NCBI GenBank assembly: GCA_964016885.1
Contig: OZ024749.1
Span: 19,096,001 to 19,160,000 of the forward strand
DNA from: Eledone cirrhosa
Lineage: Eukaryota
Length of the DNA stretch: 64,000 bases
Reading direction: 5' to 3'
Shown here: piece by piece, positions 36,592-56,812 of the stretch
How the letters are laid out: each line of letters opens with the position of its first letter
How positions within the stretch are numbered: the stretch's first letter is position 1
Position numbers and translations under genes: made by a program
The notes under the pieces: model-generated
What the model saw: the letters and a program-made list of their open reading frames with translations, nothing else
Databases searched by the model: none
What the model was told of the DNA's origin: nothing

Positions 36592-39070
36592 TACATATGT
36601 CTGTTGAAAGACTGGGAGACAGTGGGTGTTTTGTCATGGCACATATGTTTGTTGAGACACTGGGAGACAATGTGTGTTTTGTCATGGCACATATGTCTGT
36701 TGAGACACTGGGAGACAGTGTGTGTTTTGTCATGGCACATATGTCTGTTGAGATGCTGGGAGACAGTGTGTGTTTTGTCATGGCACATATGTCTGTTGAA
36801 AGACTGGGAGACAGTGGGTGTTTTGTCATGGCACATATGTCTGTTGAGATGCTGGGAGACAGTGGGTGTTTGTCATGGCACATTTGTTTGTTGAGACGCT
36901 GGGAGACAGTGGGTGTTTTGTCATGGCACATATGTTTGTTGAGACACTGAGAGTCAGTGGGTGTTTTGTCATGGCACATATGTCTGTTGAGATGTTGGGA
37001 GACAGTGGGTGTTTTGTCATGGCACATATGTCTGTTGAGATGTTGGGAGACAGTGGGTGTTTTGTCATGGCACATATGTCTGTTGAGACACTGGGAGACA
37101 GTGGGTGTTTTGTCATGGCACATATATCTGTTGGGAGACAGTGGGTGTTTTGTCATGCCACATATGTTTGTTGAGATGCTGGGAGACAGTGGGTGTTTTG
37201 CCATGGCACATGTTTGTTGAGATGCTGGGAGACAGTGAGTGTTTTGTCATGGCACATATGTCTGATGAGATGTTGGGAGACAGTGGGTGTTTTGTCATGG
37301 CACATATGTTTGTTGAGATGCTGGGAGACAGTGGGTGTTTTGTCATGGCACATATGTCTGTTGAGACACTGGGAGACAGTGGGTGTTTTGTCATGGCACA
37401 TATGTCTGTTGAGACACTGGGAGACTGGGTGTTTTGTCATGGCACATATGTCTGTTGAAACACTGGGAGACAGTGGGTGTTTTGTCATGGCACATATGTC
37501 TGTTGAGACACTGGGAGTCAGTGGGTGTTTTGTCATGGCACATATGTTTGTTGGGATGCTGGGAGACAGTGGGTGTTTTGTCATGGCACATATGTCTGTT
37601 GAGACACTGGGAGACAGTGGGTGTTTTGTCATGGCACATATGTCTGTTGAGATGTTGGGAGACAGTGGGTGTTTTGTCATGGCACATATGTCTGTTGAGA
37701 TGTTGGGAGACACTGGGTGTTTTGTCATGGCACATATGTCTGATGAGATGTTGGGAGACAGTGGGTGTTTTGTCATGGCACATATGTCTGATGAGATGTT
37801 GGGAGACAGTGGGTGTTTTGTCATGGCACATATGTTTGTTGGGATGCTGGGAGACAGTGGGTGTTTTGTCATGGCACATATGTCTGTTGAGATGTTGGGA
37901 GACAGTGGGTGTTTTGTCATGGCACATTTGTTTGTTGAGACGCTGGGAGACAGTGGGTGTTTTGTCATGGCACATATGTCTGTTGAGACACTGGGAGACA
38001 GTGGGTGTTTTGTCATTCCACATATGTCTGTAGAGACACTGGGAGACAGTGGGTGTTTTGTCATGGCACATGTTTGTTGAGATGCTGGGAGACAGTGGTT
38101 GTTTTGTCATGGCACAATTGTTTGTTGAGATGCTGGGAGACTGGGTGTTTTGTCATGGCACATGTTTGTTGAGATGCTGGGAGACAGTGGGTGTTTTGTC
38201 ATGGCACATGTCTGATGAGATGTTGGGAGACAGTGGGTGTTTTGTCATGGCACATATGTCTGATGAGATGTTGGGAGACAGTGGGTGTTTTGTCATGGCA
38301 CATATGTTTGTTGAGATGCTGGGAGACTGGGTGTTTTGTCATGGCACATATGTCTGTTGAGACTCTGGGAGACAGTGGGTGTTTTGTCATGGCACATATA
38401 TCTGTAGAGACACTGGGAGACAGTGGGTGTTTTGTCATGGCACATATGTTTGTTGAGATGCTGGGAGACAGTGGGTGTTTTGTCATGGCACATATGTCTG
38501 ATGGATGTTGGGAGACAGTGGGTGTTTTGTCATGGCACATATGTCTGTTGAAACACTGGGAGACTGGGTGTTTTGTCATGGCACATATGTCTGTTGGGAG
38601 ACAGTGGGTGTTTTGTCATGGCACATATGTTTGTTGAGATGCTGGGAGACAGTGGGTGTTTTGTCATGGCACATATGTCTGTTGAGACTCTGGGAGACAG
38701 TGGGTGTTTTGTCATGGCACATATATCTGTAGAGACACTGGGAGACAGTGGGTGTTTTGTCATGGCACATATGTTTGTTGAGATGCTGGGAGACAGTGGG
38801 TGTTTTGTCATGGCACATATGTCTGATGGATGTTGGGAGACAGTGGGTGTTTTGTCATGGCACATATGTCTGTTGAGACACTGGGAGACAGTGGGTGTTT
38901 TGTCATGGCACATATGTTTATTGAGACACTGGGAGACAGTGGGTGTTTTGTCATGGCACATATGTCTGTTGAAACACTGGGAGACAGTGGGTGTTTTGTC
39001 ATGGCACATATGTCTGTTGAAACACTGGGAGACTGGGTGTTTTGTCATGGCACATATGTCTGTTGAGATG
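36592..39070. repeat. 48-bp minisatellite, ~52 copies
   Basis: Consensus GGGAGACAGTGGGTGTTTTGTCATGGCACATATGTCTGTTGAGACACT; spurious ORFs show 16-aa periodicity. Confidence 0.95.
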
Positions 39071-39240
39071 TGGTGATGATGAAGATGATATGATGATACG
39101 GTAATGATGATATGGTGATGTGGTGATGATGATGATGTAAGGATGATGTGGTGATGATGATGATAATGATTGGACAATATCTACTGTATGACTATCTCTC
39201 ATTGTCACTCTCTCTCTCCTTCTTTTCTCTACCTATACAG

Positions 39241-39384
39241 GAGTATTTGCTCCGGTCAGTAAGATCGCTAAACTTGGTTCGTCCCCTGTACGAGTGTGCA
39301 CCAGTGGCTGTAATAGCAGTCCTCTGAAAACACCTCGCCCTCTTTCTGTTGACATATCTCATGTCTCTGCCAAAGTTGATACAG
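39241..39384 (+). CDS. CLIP3/CLIP4: CLIP3/4-like exon (end of CAP-Gly and linker)
   Basis: atacag|(G)VFAPVSKIAKLG...VDISHVSAKVDT|gtaagt; 144 nt, phase 1-1; not in the ORF track. Confidence 0.9.
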
Positions 39385-39580
39385 GTAAGTCTCTGATGCT
39401 ACACCACACCTGTGGCTTTATCATGACAGCAGCATGACATCATTACTTGAGAGAGTCAATAAGAGAGAGAGAGAGAGAGACTCTCAATGTGGTTGTTTTA
39501 ACATGCTAGAAATAGCAGCTAAATCACTCTATCTCTCTCTGACTATTTCTCACTCTCACTGTCTCTTTCTCACTCTACTG

Positions 39581-39612
<32 letters not shown>

Positions 39613-39854
39613 TATATGTTTCTATCTCAGTCTCCCACTCTCTCTACTCTCTCTCTCTCTCTATCTTTCACTATCTATTACCCTCTATCTCTGTTTCTAT
39701 CTCACTCCTCTCCTCATACTCCCAATATCTTTAAAACAAAACAATGACCCTTTCTTAATGTAGTCCTAGATATACTATGGCTTTCATCATAGTTCTGTTG
39801 GTTTCAACCTGAGCTGACCTAAACAACAACAACAACACCAAGACATATCCACAT

Positions 39855-39968
39855 GTTGCTGCTGCTGCTGTCATTACTCCTGTTGCTGCTGCTGCTGCTG
39901 TCATTACTCCTGTTGCTGCTGTTGTCATTACCCCTGTTGTTGTTGTTGTTGCTGCTGTCATTACCCCT

Positions 39969-39999
<31 letters not shown>

Positions 40000-40114
40000 T
40001 TGTGGTCGTTGTTGCTGTGGTCGTTGTTGTTGCTGCTGCCATTACTCTTGTTGTCGTTTTCGTTGTTGCTGCTGCTGCTGCCATTACTCCTGTTGCTGTT
40101 GTTGTTGTTGTTGT
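39855..40114. repeat. (GTT/GCT)n trinucleotide-based repeat
   Basis: Simple repeat. Confidence 0.85.
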
Positions 40115-42826
40115 TTGATCACGTATAGATCAGGGGAGCACACCAGCCAGATAGACTTTATCCTTACTAGGAAATTAGACACGGTGTCTGTTTTGAACAC
40201 TAAGTCCCTCCCTCATGAAGAATGCGCCTCTCAACATAATTTATTAGTAAGTGACCTCATAGTCAGGGCCAGACGTAATTGCCAGCAGAGGAATACCTTA
40301 AGGAGAAGATTATGGAAGTTGAAGAACCCCGCAGCCAGTAACAAATTCAAAGGCATATTACTTGATGCTTTTGATAGTAAGGAAGAGCAATTAGTCATAC
40401 AATATAAAGGAACAGTGGGAATTCCTGAAAGTTAACCTGTTGAAGGCGACTGATGAAATCTGTGGCTGGAGCAGACCATCAGGCAGGAGGAGAGTGACAT
40501 GGTGGTGGAGGAGTCCATCAAGTGCAAAAAGCAGGCGTGGAAAGAATGGCAGGACGGGAGTAGTAGAGAATACTATCAGGTAGCTCGGAAAGAAGCTAAA
40601 CAACAAGTATACCTTGCAAAGAGGGAAGCAGAGGATAGTATGTTCAAGCATATTCTACAACAAGAGGACGAAAGACGTGAGATATTCAGGATTGCGAGGC
40701 AATGTGTCAAGGAGAACTGTGATATTGTCAGGGAGACGTGTGTCTGTAATGACGATGGTGTACTTGCCCTCACTGATAATGATAAGAAGGTAGCTTGGAA
40801 GTGTCACTATGAGAGACTACTGAATGTGGAGAATGAATGGAATAAAGATAGTCTGCCCCACATCAATCCAATAAAAGGACCAGCTGTGCAAGTTAATGGT
40901 AGTGTAGTAAGGCAATCAAAAATATGAAGACAGGCAAGGCAGCTGGGCCTTCGGGGATAGTTGTTGAAGGTATCTGGAATGGTGGGACATACTATGGTCA
41001 CCTGGATAGTAAACTAAGTAATACAGAATGGGGTCATACCAAATGACTGGCGTAGCAGCAGCATCATCAACTGTTACAAGGGCAAAGGAGACGCCCTTGG
41101 ATAGAGGAAACTATAGGGGTATTAAATTAGTTGACCAAATCATGAAAGTCACTGAGGGAGTTATTACTCAACTGATCAGAGACCAAATTGATCTAAATGA
41201 AATGCAGTTTGGGTTTGTGCCAGGTAAAAGTACCACGGATGCTCTTTTCCTTGTACAGCAATTGCAGGAGAAATACCTGGCTAACAGTAAACCCCTCTAC
41301 TTAGCTTTTGTTGACCTGGAGAAGGCCTTTGACGCAACTTAATCTGGTGGGCTCTTAGAAAACTAGGAGTGGAAGAATGGCTTGGGAGAGCTATACAAGC
41401 CATGTATAGAGGAACAGTCAGCAAGGTTAGAATTAACAAAGAATATAGTGATGAATTTAGTGTAATGGTAGGGGCACACCAGGGCTCCATTCTTAACCCC
41501 CTCCTGTCCTACAGGCTATAACAGAGGGGTTTAAGACTGGTTGCCCATGGGAACTTCGATATGCAGATGATCTAACTCTCATAGCTATGGCTGAACTAGA
41601 GAGGAAGTTCCAAACATGGAAGCATGGCCTCGAATAAAAAAACCTTAGTGTCAACTTGTCTAAGACTAGGGTTCTAGTATGCAGAAAGAAGAATAGGGCA
41701 CAGGTACCCTCTGGGAAATAGCCATGCTCAGTGTGTAAGAAAGGAGTACGCAGAAACTCCATTCTATGTCCCAAATTCAAAATATGGGTACATAAAAGAT
41801 GTAGTGGGATCAGAGGTAAGCTATCTCAAAATGTAGATTTTATATGCGGTCGATGCTCAGGTGCAGTAAGTAGCAAGGACCCACTGGATGATATCTCCTT
41901 CAACTGCCCAGATGGTTCTATAGAAATAGTAGACACCTTCTGTTACTTGGGTGACAAAATCAGCAGTGGAGGAGCGTGCTCTGAAAGTGTAGTAGCTAGA
42001 GTTAGAATGGGATGGAAAAAGTTCAGAGAGCTAATACTGCTGTTGGCCACAAAGGGTTTTTCTCTAAAAATGAAAGGCAGATTTTATGATGCATGTATAC
42101 GAACGGTGATATTACATGGTAGTGAGACTTGGGCATTGTGTGCTGAAGACCTGCATAGATTAGAAAGAAATGAAGCTTGCATGTTCCGATGGATGTGTAA
42201 TAGTAATGTGCGCGAAAGGCGAAGCATAAACAAACTAAGAGGGAGATTAAGCATAAGAGGTATCAAATGTTGTGTTCTGGAGAGGAGATTGCGTTGGTAT
42301 GGACATGTGATGCATATGAAGGATGACAGCTGTATAAAAAAGTGCAGGGCAATGAAAATTGATGGAAGCTGTGAGTGGGTAGACCAAGAAAAATCAGGGA
42401 CGAGGTGATAAAAATTGACCATGCCCACCTAGACATCTCTAAGACAATGACACTGGATCGAGACCTTTGGCGCCATGCAGTTGAACAGAAGACCTGACTA
42501 CCATTGCATACAAACCTACAGTCAGTAGCACGTCTTAACTCAATGTACACCCTACCCCACGCTCCCTCTCCCGTTCCGTCCACTATGTCGATGACACAAC
42601 AGTCCACACAGTAAGGTGGCCGTGTAGGAGACATGGTGAAATGGCTCCCAGTCCACACTGTTAATGTGGTTGGTGTTAGAAAGGGCATCCAGCTGTAAAA
42701 AGAAACCTGCCAGAGACGCTTCCGTGCGAGCAAGACATGGTCTCCCGACCATTCCCGCATCAAATGGAACAAAACCGTCTAACCCATGCTAGCATGGAAG
42801 ATGGACGTTAAACGATGATGATGATG
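40115..42826 (+). mobile_element. Degenerate 5'-truncated RTE LINE
   Basis: ITYRSGEHTSQIDF, FVDLEKAFD, PHD-like insert, RLRWYGHV; 3' UTR ends GGACGTTAAAC(GAT)n. Confidence 0.9.
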
Positions 42827-42836
42827 ATATATATAT

Positions 42837-43202
42837 CTTCTATGAGGTCACTAAACCTGCTAGAAACAGCAGCTAACTCTCCCCCATATCACACCACTCC
42901 CTACTGTCTTAAATTTAGAAAACACATATCCTCTATGAGGTTACTAAACCTGCTAGAAACGGCAGCTAACTCTCCCCCATAACACACCCATCCCTACTGT
43001 CTTAAATTTAGAAAACATATCTTCTATGAGGTCACTAAACCTGCTAGAAACAGCAGCTAATCTCCTCCATATCACACCACTCCCTACTGTCTTAAATTTA
43101 GAAAACACATATCCTCTATGAGGTTACTAAACCTGCTAGAAACAGCAGCTAACTCTCCCTCATATCATAACCATCCCTACTGTCTTAAATTTAGAAAACA
43201 CA
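42837..43202. repeat. ~92-bp tandem repeat, 4 copies
   Basis: CTATGAGGT(C/T)ACTAAACCTGCTAGAAAC... recurs at ~42837, 42930, 43021, 43113. Confidence 0.9.
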
Positions 43203-43488
43203 CAGACAACCATGCAGAACAACTCCATCGCAGCTCTGTTGTTCGGCTGGCATCGTCTACGCGCATGTTGCGCAAGTACTGTGAAACAATAAATTTCAAC
43301 ACTTTTTTGCACAGAGATAATATCCATAGGCGAAACTACAATTGTCAATGCTGGCGCAGCTCCTGCTTCCAGGTCTGCAAGTCATTCACCCAATGCCTGG
43401 CAGACAAAAAAGTGCTGCCATAAAATGGGTGGTGCAACCTAACTTTGGTAACTTAATGACCCCGAGCATCGCCGGGCTTTAATGCTAG
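43203..43488 (+). mobile_element. Non-autonomous Helitron 3' end
   Basis: GC hairpin CCCGAGCATCGCCGGG (43461-43476) followed 8 nt later by CTAG|T; 5' boundary uncertain. Confidence 0.65.
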
Positions 43489-43494
43489 TGTATA

Positions 43495-43985
43495 TCATCA
43501 TCATCATCATCATCAACGTTTAACGTCCGTGTTCCACGCTTGCATGGGTTTGGACGGGGGTTTTCCCACTTGAGGCAAGAGTGATTGTCTTGCTCGCATA
43601 GGACTGTCTGGCGGGTTTTCTACAGCTGGATGCCCTTCCTAACACCAACCACATTTACAGTGTGGGGCTGGGAGGTTTTTACCGTGTTGCCTACACAGCC
43701 ACATTACAGCGTGGACTGTCTGGCGGGTTTTCTACAGCTGGATGCCCTTCCTAACACCAACCACATTTACAGTGTGGGACTGGGAGGTTTTTACCGTGTT
43801 GCCTACACGGCCACATTACAGCGTGGACTGTGTGTTTTTTGTCGTGACACCTACACGATCTCATTTGTTTCGGCCTGGATGTTGTGGCACCAACATAACT
43901 TTACATTGAAAGGGGCGGTGGGGGTGGTGGGACGGGGGTGTGTTTTGTTAGAGATGCCTACTGACTGTAGTAGGTTTTACTTTGT
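43495..43985 (-). mobile_element. RTE LINE 3' UTR fragment
   Basis: Near-identical to 19495-19985. Confidence 0.85.
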
Positions 43986-44191
43986 ATATATATGTATATA
44001 TATATGTGTATATGTATATATATATGTGTATATATATATATATGTGTATATATATATATATGTGTATATATATATATATGTGTATATATATATATATGTG
44101 TATATGTATATATATATATGTGTAAATGTATATATATGTATATATATATATATATGTGTATGTGTATATATATATATATATCTGTGTATAT

Positions 44192-46397
44192 ATCATCATC
44201 ATCATCGTTTAACGTCCATATTCCATGCTTGCATGGGTTTGGACGGGAGTTTTCCCACTTGAGGCAAGAGTGGTTGTCTTGCTCGCATAGGACTGGATTG
44301 TCTGGCGGGTTTTCTACAGCTGGATGCCCTTCCTAACACTAACCACATTTACAGTGTGGAACTGGGAGGTTTTTACCGTGTTATCTACAGCGTGGACTGT
44401 GTGTTTTTTTGTCGTGACACCTACACGACCTCATTTGTTTCGGGCTGGATGTTGTGACACCAACATAACTTTACATTGAAAGGGGTGGTGTGGATGGGGT
44501 GGGGGTAGTGGGACGGTGGTGGTTTTGTTAGAGGTGCCTACTGACTGTAGTAGGTTTCACTTTGTACTTAGGTAAGGCGGGTCTTCTTTATTACTGTGTA
44601 GCGCCAAAGTTCTCGGTCCAGTGACATTGTCTTGGAAAGGTGTAAGTGTGTGAGGTCGGAATTTATCAAGTCGTCCCAGGTTTTTCTGGGTCTGCCTGCT
44701 CCGTGGCTACCGTCTATTTTTATTGCCCTGCACTTTTTTATACCGCTGTCGTCTTTCATGCGCATCACGTGACCATACCAACGTAGTCTTCTCTCGAGTA
44801 AACAACATCTGATCCCTCTTATTTCTAATTTCTCCCTTAGTACGTTTATGCTTTGCCGTTCACGTATATTACTATTATACATCCAGCGGAGCATGCAAGC
44901 TTCGTTTCTTTCCAGTCTGCGTATATCCTCTGCACACAATGCTCAGGTCTCACTGCCATGTAACATTGCTGTTCGTATGCAGGCATCATACAGCCTGCCT
45001 TTCATTTTTAGAGAGAACACTTTAGTGGCCAATAGTGGTATAAGCTCTCTGAACTTTTTCCATCCCGTTCTGACTCTAGCTACTGTACTTTCCGAGCACC
45101 CTTCCCCACTGCTGATTTTATCACCCAGGTAACGGAAGCTGTCCACTATTTCTATAGAACCATCTGTGCAATGGAATGAGTTAGTATTCTGTGGGCACTT
45201 GCTGCTACTTATTGCACCAGAGCACCGGCCACATATAAAATCTATATTCTTAGATAGTTTACCTGTGATCCCACTACATCTTTTATGTACCCATACTTTG
45301 CATTTGGGACATAAAATGGAGTTTCTACCTACTCCCTTCCTACACACTGAGCATGGCCATTTCCTAGATGGGGCCGGTGCCCTATTTTCCTTCCTACAAA
45401 CTAGAACTTTAGTCTTAGACAAGTTAACTTTAAGGCATTTTGATTCTAGGCCATGCTTCCATGTTTGGAATTTCTTCTCTAGTTCAGCCATTGATTCAGC
45501 TATGAGCGTTAGATCATCTGCATATAGGAGTTCCCATGGGCAGCCGGTCTTGAACTCCTCTGTTATAGCCTGAAGGGCAATAATAAATAGTAGGGGGCTA
45601 AGGACGGAGCCCTGATGAACACCAACTTTTATGCTAAACTCTTCACTATATTCGTTGTTAATTCTAACCTTGCTGACTGTTTCTTTATACATGGCTTGTA
45701 TAGCTCTCACAAGCCATTCATCAACACCTAGTTTTCTAAGAGACCACCAGATAATCGAGCGGGGTACTCTGTCAAAGGCTTTCTCCAAGTCAACAAAAGC
45801 TAAGTATAGGGGTTTACTTTTAGCTAGGTACTTCTCCTGTAGTTGTTGTACAATGAAAAGAGCGTCTGTTGTACTTTTACCTGACACAAACCCGAACTGC
45901 ATTTCGTCTAGATCAATTCGCTCTCTGATTAGTTGTGCTATTACTTTTTCTGTGACCTTCATGACCTGGTCAATTAATTTAATGTCTCTATAGTTTCCCC
46001 TATCTAGGGCATCACCTTACCCTTGTAGCAGTTAATGATGCTGCTGCTGCGCCAGTCCTTCGGAATGACCCCATTCTGTATGACTTGGTTTACTATCCGG
46101 GTGACGATAGTGTGTCCCACCGTTCCAGATGCTTTCAGCATTTCGGCAACTATTTCCGAAGGCCCGGCCGCCTTGCCCGTCTTCATGTCTTTGATCGCCT
46201 TACTTATTATACTACCTTCAACTTGCACTGCTGGTCCCTCTATTGGGTCGATGTGGGGGAGACTGTCTTTCTCCCAATTATTCTCCTCATTTAGTAGCCT
46301 TTCGTAGTGACACTTCCAAGCTACCTTTTTATCAGCATCAGTGATGGCAAGTACACCATCATTTAGGACACACTTCTCCCCGACAATATCACTGTTT
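44192..46397 (-). mobile_element. 5'-truncated RTE LINE (RT + 3' UTR)
   Basis: ORFs 44943-45962, 44568-44939 and 46004-46228; same family as 19495-23022. Confidence 0.92.
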
Positions 46398-46426
46398 TAT
46401 GTATATATATAATATATATATATATG

Positions 46427-46457
<31 letters not shown>

Positions 46458-46900
46458 GTATATATATATGTATATATATGTATATATATATATGTATATA
46501 TATATGTATATATATATGTATATATATATGTGTATATATATATGTATATATATATGTGTATATATATATGTATATATATATATGTATATATATATATGTA
46601 TATATATATATGTATATATATATGTATATATGTATATATATATATGTATATATATGTATATATATATGTATATATATATGTGTATATATATGTGTATATA
46701 TATATGTGCATATATATATATTTATATATATATGTATATATATATATGTATATATATATGTATATATATATATGTGTATATATATGTGTATATATATATG
46801 TGTATATATATGTGTATATATATATGTGCATATATATATATGTATATATATATATGTGTATATATATATATGTATATATATATATAGGTGTATATATATG

Positions 46901-46931
<31 letters not shown>

Positions 46932-47114
46932 GTATATATATGTATATATATATATGTGTATATATATATTTGTATATATATATGTGTGTATATATGTGTG
47001 TATATATATATATATGTGTATATATATATGTGTATATATATGCGTATATATATATGTGTATATATATAGATGTGTATATATATATATGTGTGTATATATA
47101 TATATATGTGTGTA

Positions 47115-47212
47115 TTATGCCCTTGAGAAGCCCAACTGGGCGAAACGTACGTAGGTGATATTTTAAATAAACATGTTTTAACGGTCTATTCTCCGATTTT
47201 TCACTTTCCCAC
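47115..47212 (+). ncRNA. Solo pseudo-LTR fragment with a variant hammerhead motif
   Basis: TATGCC CTTGAGAA GCCC AACT GGGC GAAA CGTACG TA GGTGATA, then AATAAA; inside (TA)n. Confidence 0.55.
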
Positions 47213-47757
47213 GTGTGTGTATATATATATATATATATGTGTATATATATGTGTGTATATATATATATATATATGTGTATATATATATATGTGTATATAT
47301 ATGTGTATATATATATGTATATATATGTGTATATATGTATATATATGTGTATATATGTATATATATGTGTATATATATGTATATATATATGTGTATATAT
47401 GTATATATATGTGTATATGTGTATATATATGTGTATATATGTGTATATATGTATATATATGTATGTATATGTGTATATATGTATATATATGTGTATATAT
47501 GTGTATATATGTATATATATATATGTGTATATATGTATATATATATGTGTATATATGTATATATATGTATATATATATGTGTATATATGTATATATATAT
47601 GTGTATATATGTATATATATATATGTGTATATATGTATATATATATGTGTATATATGTATATATGTGTATATATGTATATATGTATATATATATATGTAT
47701 ATATGTATATATATATATGTATATATATATGTATATATATATATATGTATATATATG

Positions 47758-47801
<44 letters not shown>

Positions 47802-47837
47802 CATATATATATATACATATATATATATACATATATA

Positions 47838-49789
47838 TGGTGGATTGGGTGGACCAAAGCTATACGGACCCCCCAAAACACTGATCAGGTAAGAAAAATG
47901 GTCGCACATGCAATAGGGGCTAGTATCAAAACTACCCTAAAGGGCCACATATTTAAGTTCAATGAGAAAATCTACACCCAAAATGAGGGAGCAGCCATCG
48001 GCGTCAGCATAGCTGGCGATGTTGCCAACCTTTTCATGGTATGGTGGGAAAGGAGACTTAAAGATCTCCTTAATGAAAGCTCCATAGACCTCATCATGTA
48101 CTCTCGTTATGTAGACGATATCAATATAGTTATAAGAACACCCCCACTAGAGAGCACTAACAAGTTTGATTTAGAACGTAGCACGATGGAAAGCATCCAG
48201 CAGATAGCTAATTCCATACACCAGAGTATAACTGTAACTATAGACTTCCCTTCCAAACACCCTAACAATAGACTACCTGTATTAGACACAGAACTCTGGA
48301 TCAACACTATAGACGAGAGAGCCCAAATTCTCCACTCACACTATGCTAAACCCATGGCCTCCAAATACCTGATACTCAAAAACTCAGCAATGTCCAGTAG
48401 TGCTAAGTTTAATATTCTGATCGCAGATTTGGTACGAGTGATGAAGAATGTGTCCAGCATGTGCGACCCAACAGAAATGGAAGGACACATCCAACACTTC
48501 ATCAACCGCATGCAGTTCTCTGGCTACAACCAAAGAGACAGAGTCAGAGTATACGAAGGAGCCATGGAAAAGTATAAGACCCTCATAGAACTGGACATGA
48601 AAGGAATTTGCCCACTATACAGGAGCAAATCATGGAATAGCTTAGATAGGGCTAGACATAAGATAGGGAAGGCCACATCATGGTACGACAACCAGAGATA
48701 TCAGAGTGTCATGTTTGTGGACGCCACCCCTGGAGGGAAATTAGCTAACCAGTGTAGAAAGGCCCTGAGAAAGACCCACTTAAAAATAAAGGTGGTAGAA
48801 AAGCCAGGAACCACCATAAAATCCCTGATCAGCAAAACCTACCCTTTTAAGAAAACCCACTGTACCAATAGGAAATGTATCATATGTAAGGTGAACCCCC
48901 GGATAAACTGTAAAACTAGAAACGTAGTCTATAGCATAAGATGTACAGAGGGTACTTGCAGAAACACGACAACAACATACATAGGTGAGACAGCTCGTAG
49001 CATAGGTGAAAGGATAGACCAACACTGGGGGGAACTAAAAGGACGAAAAAACGGGTCAGTACTATACGAACATGCTAGACAACATCATGACGGTAACATA
49101 GACAACATAGAAATTAGAATAATATCTAAACATAGGAATGACCCAGCAGATAGGCAAATCAGAGAGGCCAGTGAAATAGAAATTAGAAGACCAAAGCTAA
49201 ACAGAAAGAATGAGTGGAACAACAACAACACCCAAACAAACAACACTGACCTAAGAGAAGTATAAATAAATAAGTAAATTAAATTAAATAAAATAAGATA
49301 AATAAATACATACACAAGCACATAAACACACACTAGTCACCCAGCAGACACAACACTATACACACTAGTCACACATCACACATAACACTATACACACACG
49401 CAAACGCATGCGCAAAGAAGACAAAATAAAATAAGATAAACAAACAAGCAAATAAATAAATAAATATATAGACAGACTGAACAAAAAAAATGGCGTAGAC
49501 ATACAACACAACAGGAGGAACAATGAATATAACACCACTGACGATGTTGCAGATGTGCAACGAAAGATTTATGTAAACTATATATATATGTGTTTGTCTA
49601 TATTGTATCTGTATTATTTTTGACCGCCGGTCAGTCAATGGCAACATTGAGGACCGAGTAAGTTAGATCGCAGATATATGTATATAAAAGACAGCGAGAA
49701 GCGAAAACCAACCAAACAGTGAGTGTGTTCTGTTATTAATTCTGGCAATATTACGCAAATATGACCCTCCCCAAATATAACAATATATG

Positions 49790-49790
<1 letters not shown>
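47838..49790 (+). mobile_element. 5'-truncated Penelope-like element: open RT C-terminal half + GIY-YIG (to 49265) and 3' pseudo-LTR
   Basis: [51 protein letters not shown]...YIGETARS...REA...LN. Confidence 0.93.
49538..49580 (+). ncRNA. Hammerhead-like core in Penelope pseudo-LTR
   Basis: CTGACGA T GTTGCA GATG TGCAAC GAAAG...CTA; stem I poorly defined. Confidence 0.6.
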
Positions 49791-56436
<6,646 letters not shown>

Positions 56437-56812
56437 TGTATATAATATAAGATCAAAAGATGGTTAAAGGAGTTCCATGTATTTTATTATGCGCATTTCT
56501 AAAACAAACATCATCATGCAATAATATTTGTGTTTTCATCAGATAAAACAGGAGAACATAATATGAAGGCTAAAAACACTTGTGGATAGTGCAGTTTTTA
56601 ATCAACATATGTTCTCCTGTTTTATCTGATGAAAACACAAATATTATTGCACGATGATGTTTGTTTTTGAAATGCACATATTAAAATACATGGAACTCCT
56701 TTAACCATCTTTTGATCTTATATTATGTATACTCCAGTCCTACAAACTGTAGAGTGCTTCTTATCCGATATCTGCATTGCTTTATTGTACTAACAATAAA
56801 ATTCACCTCCTA
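56437..56812. mobile_element. Foldback pseudo-LTR with back-to-back hammerhead motifs
   Basis: Arms ~56437-56560 and ~56609-56731; CTGATGA...GAAATGC(G/A)CATA in each; homologous to 63226-63485. Confidence 0.75.

Noticed and set aside
36578-39177. Multiple 16-aa repeat ORFs on both strands
   Set aside because: By-product of a 48-bp minisatellite, with frequent frame-breaking indels, inside a GT-AG intron
39755-40128. Poly-Thr/Ala or poly-Leu ORFs
   Set aside because: Trinucleotide repeat with no splice or domain support
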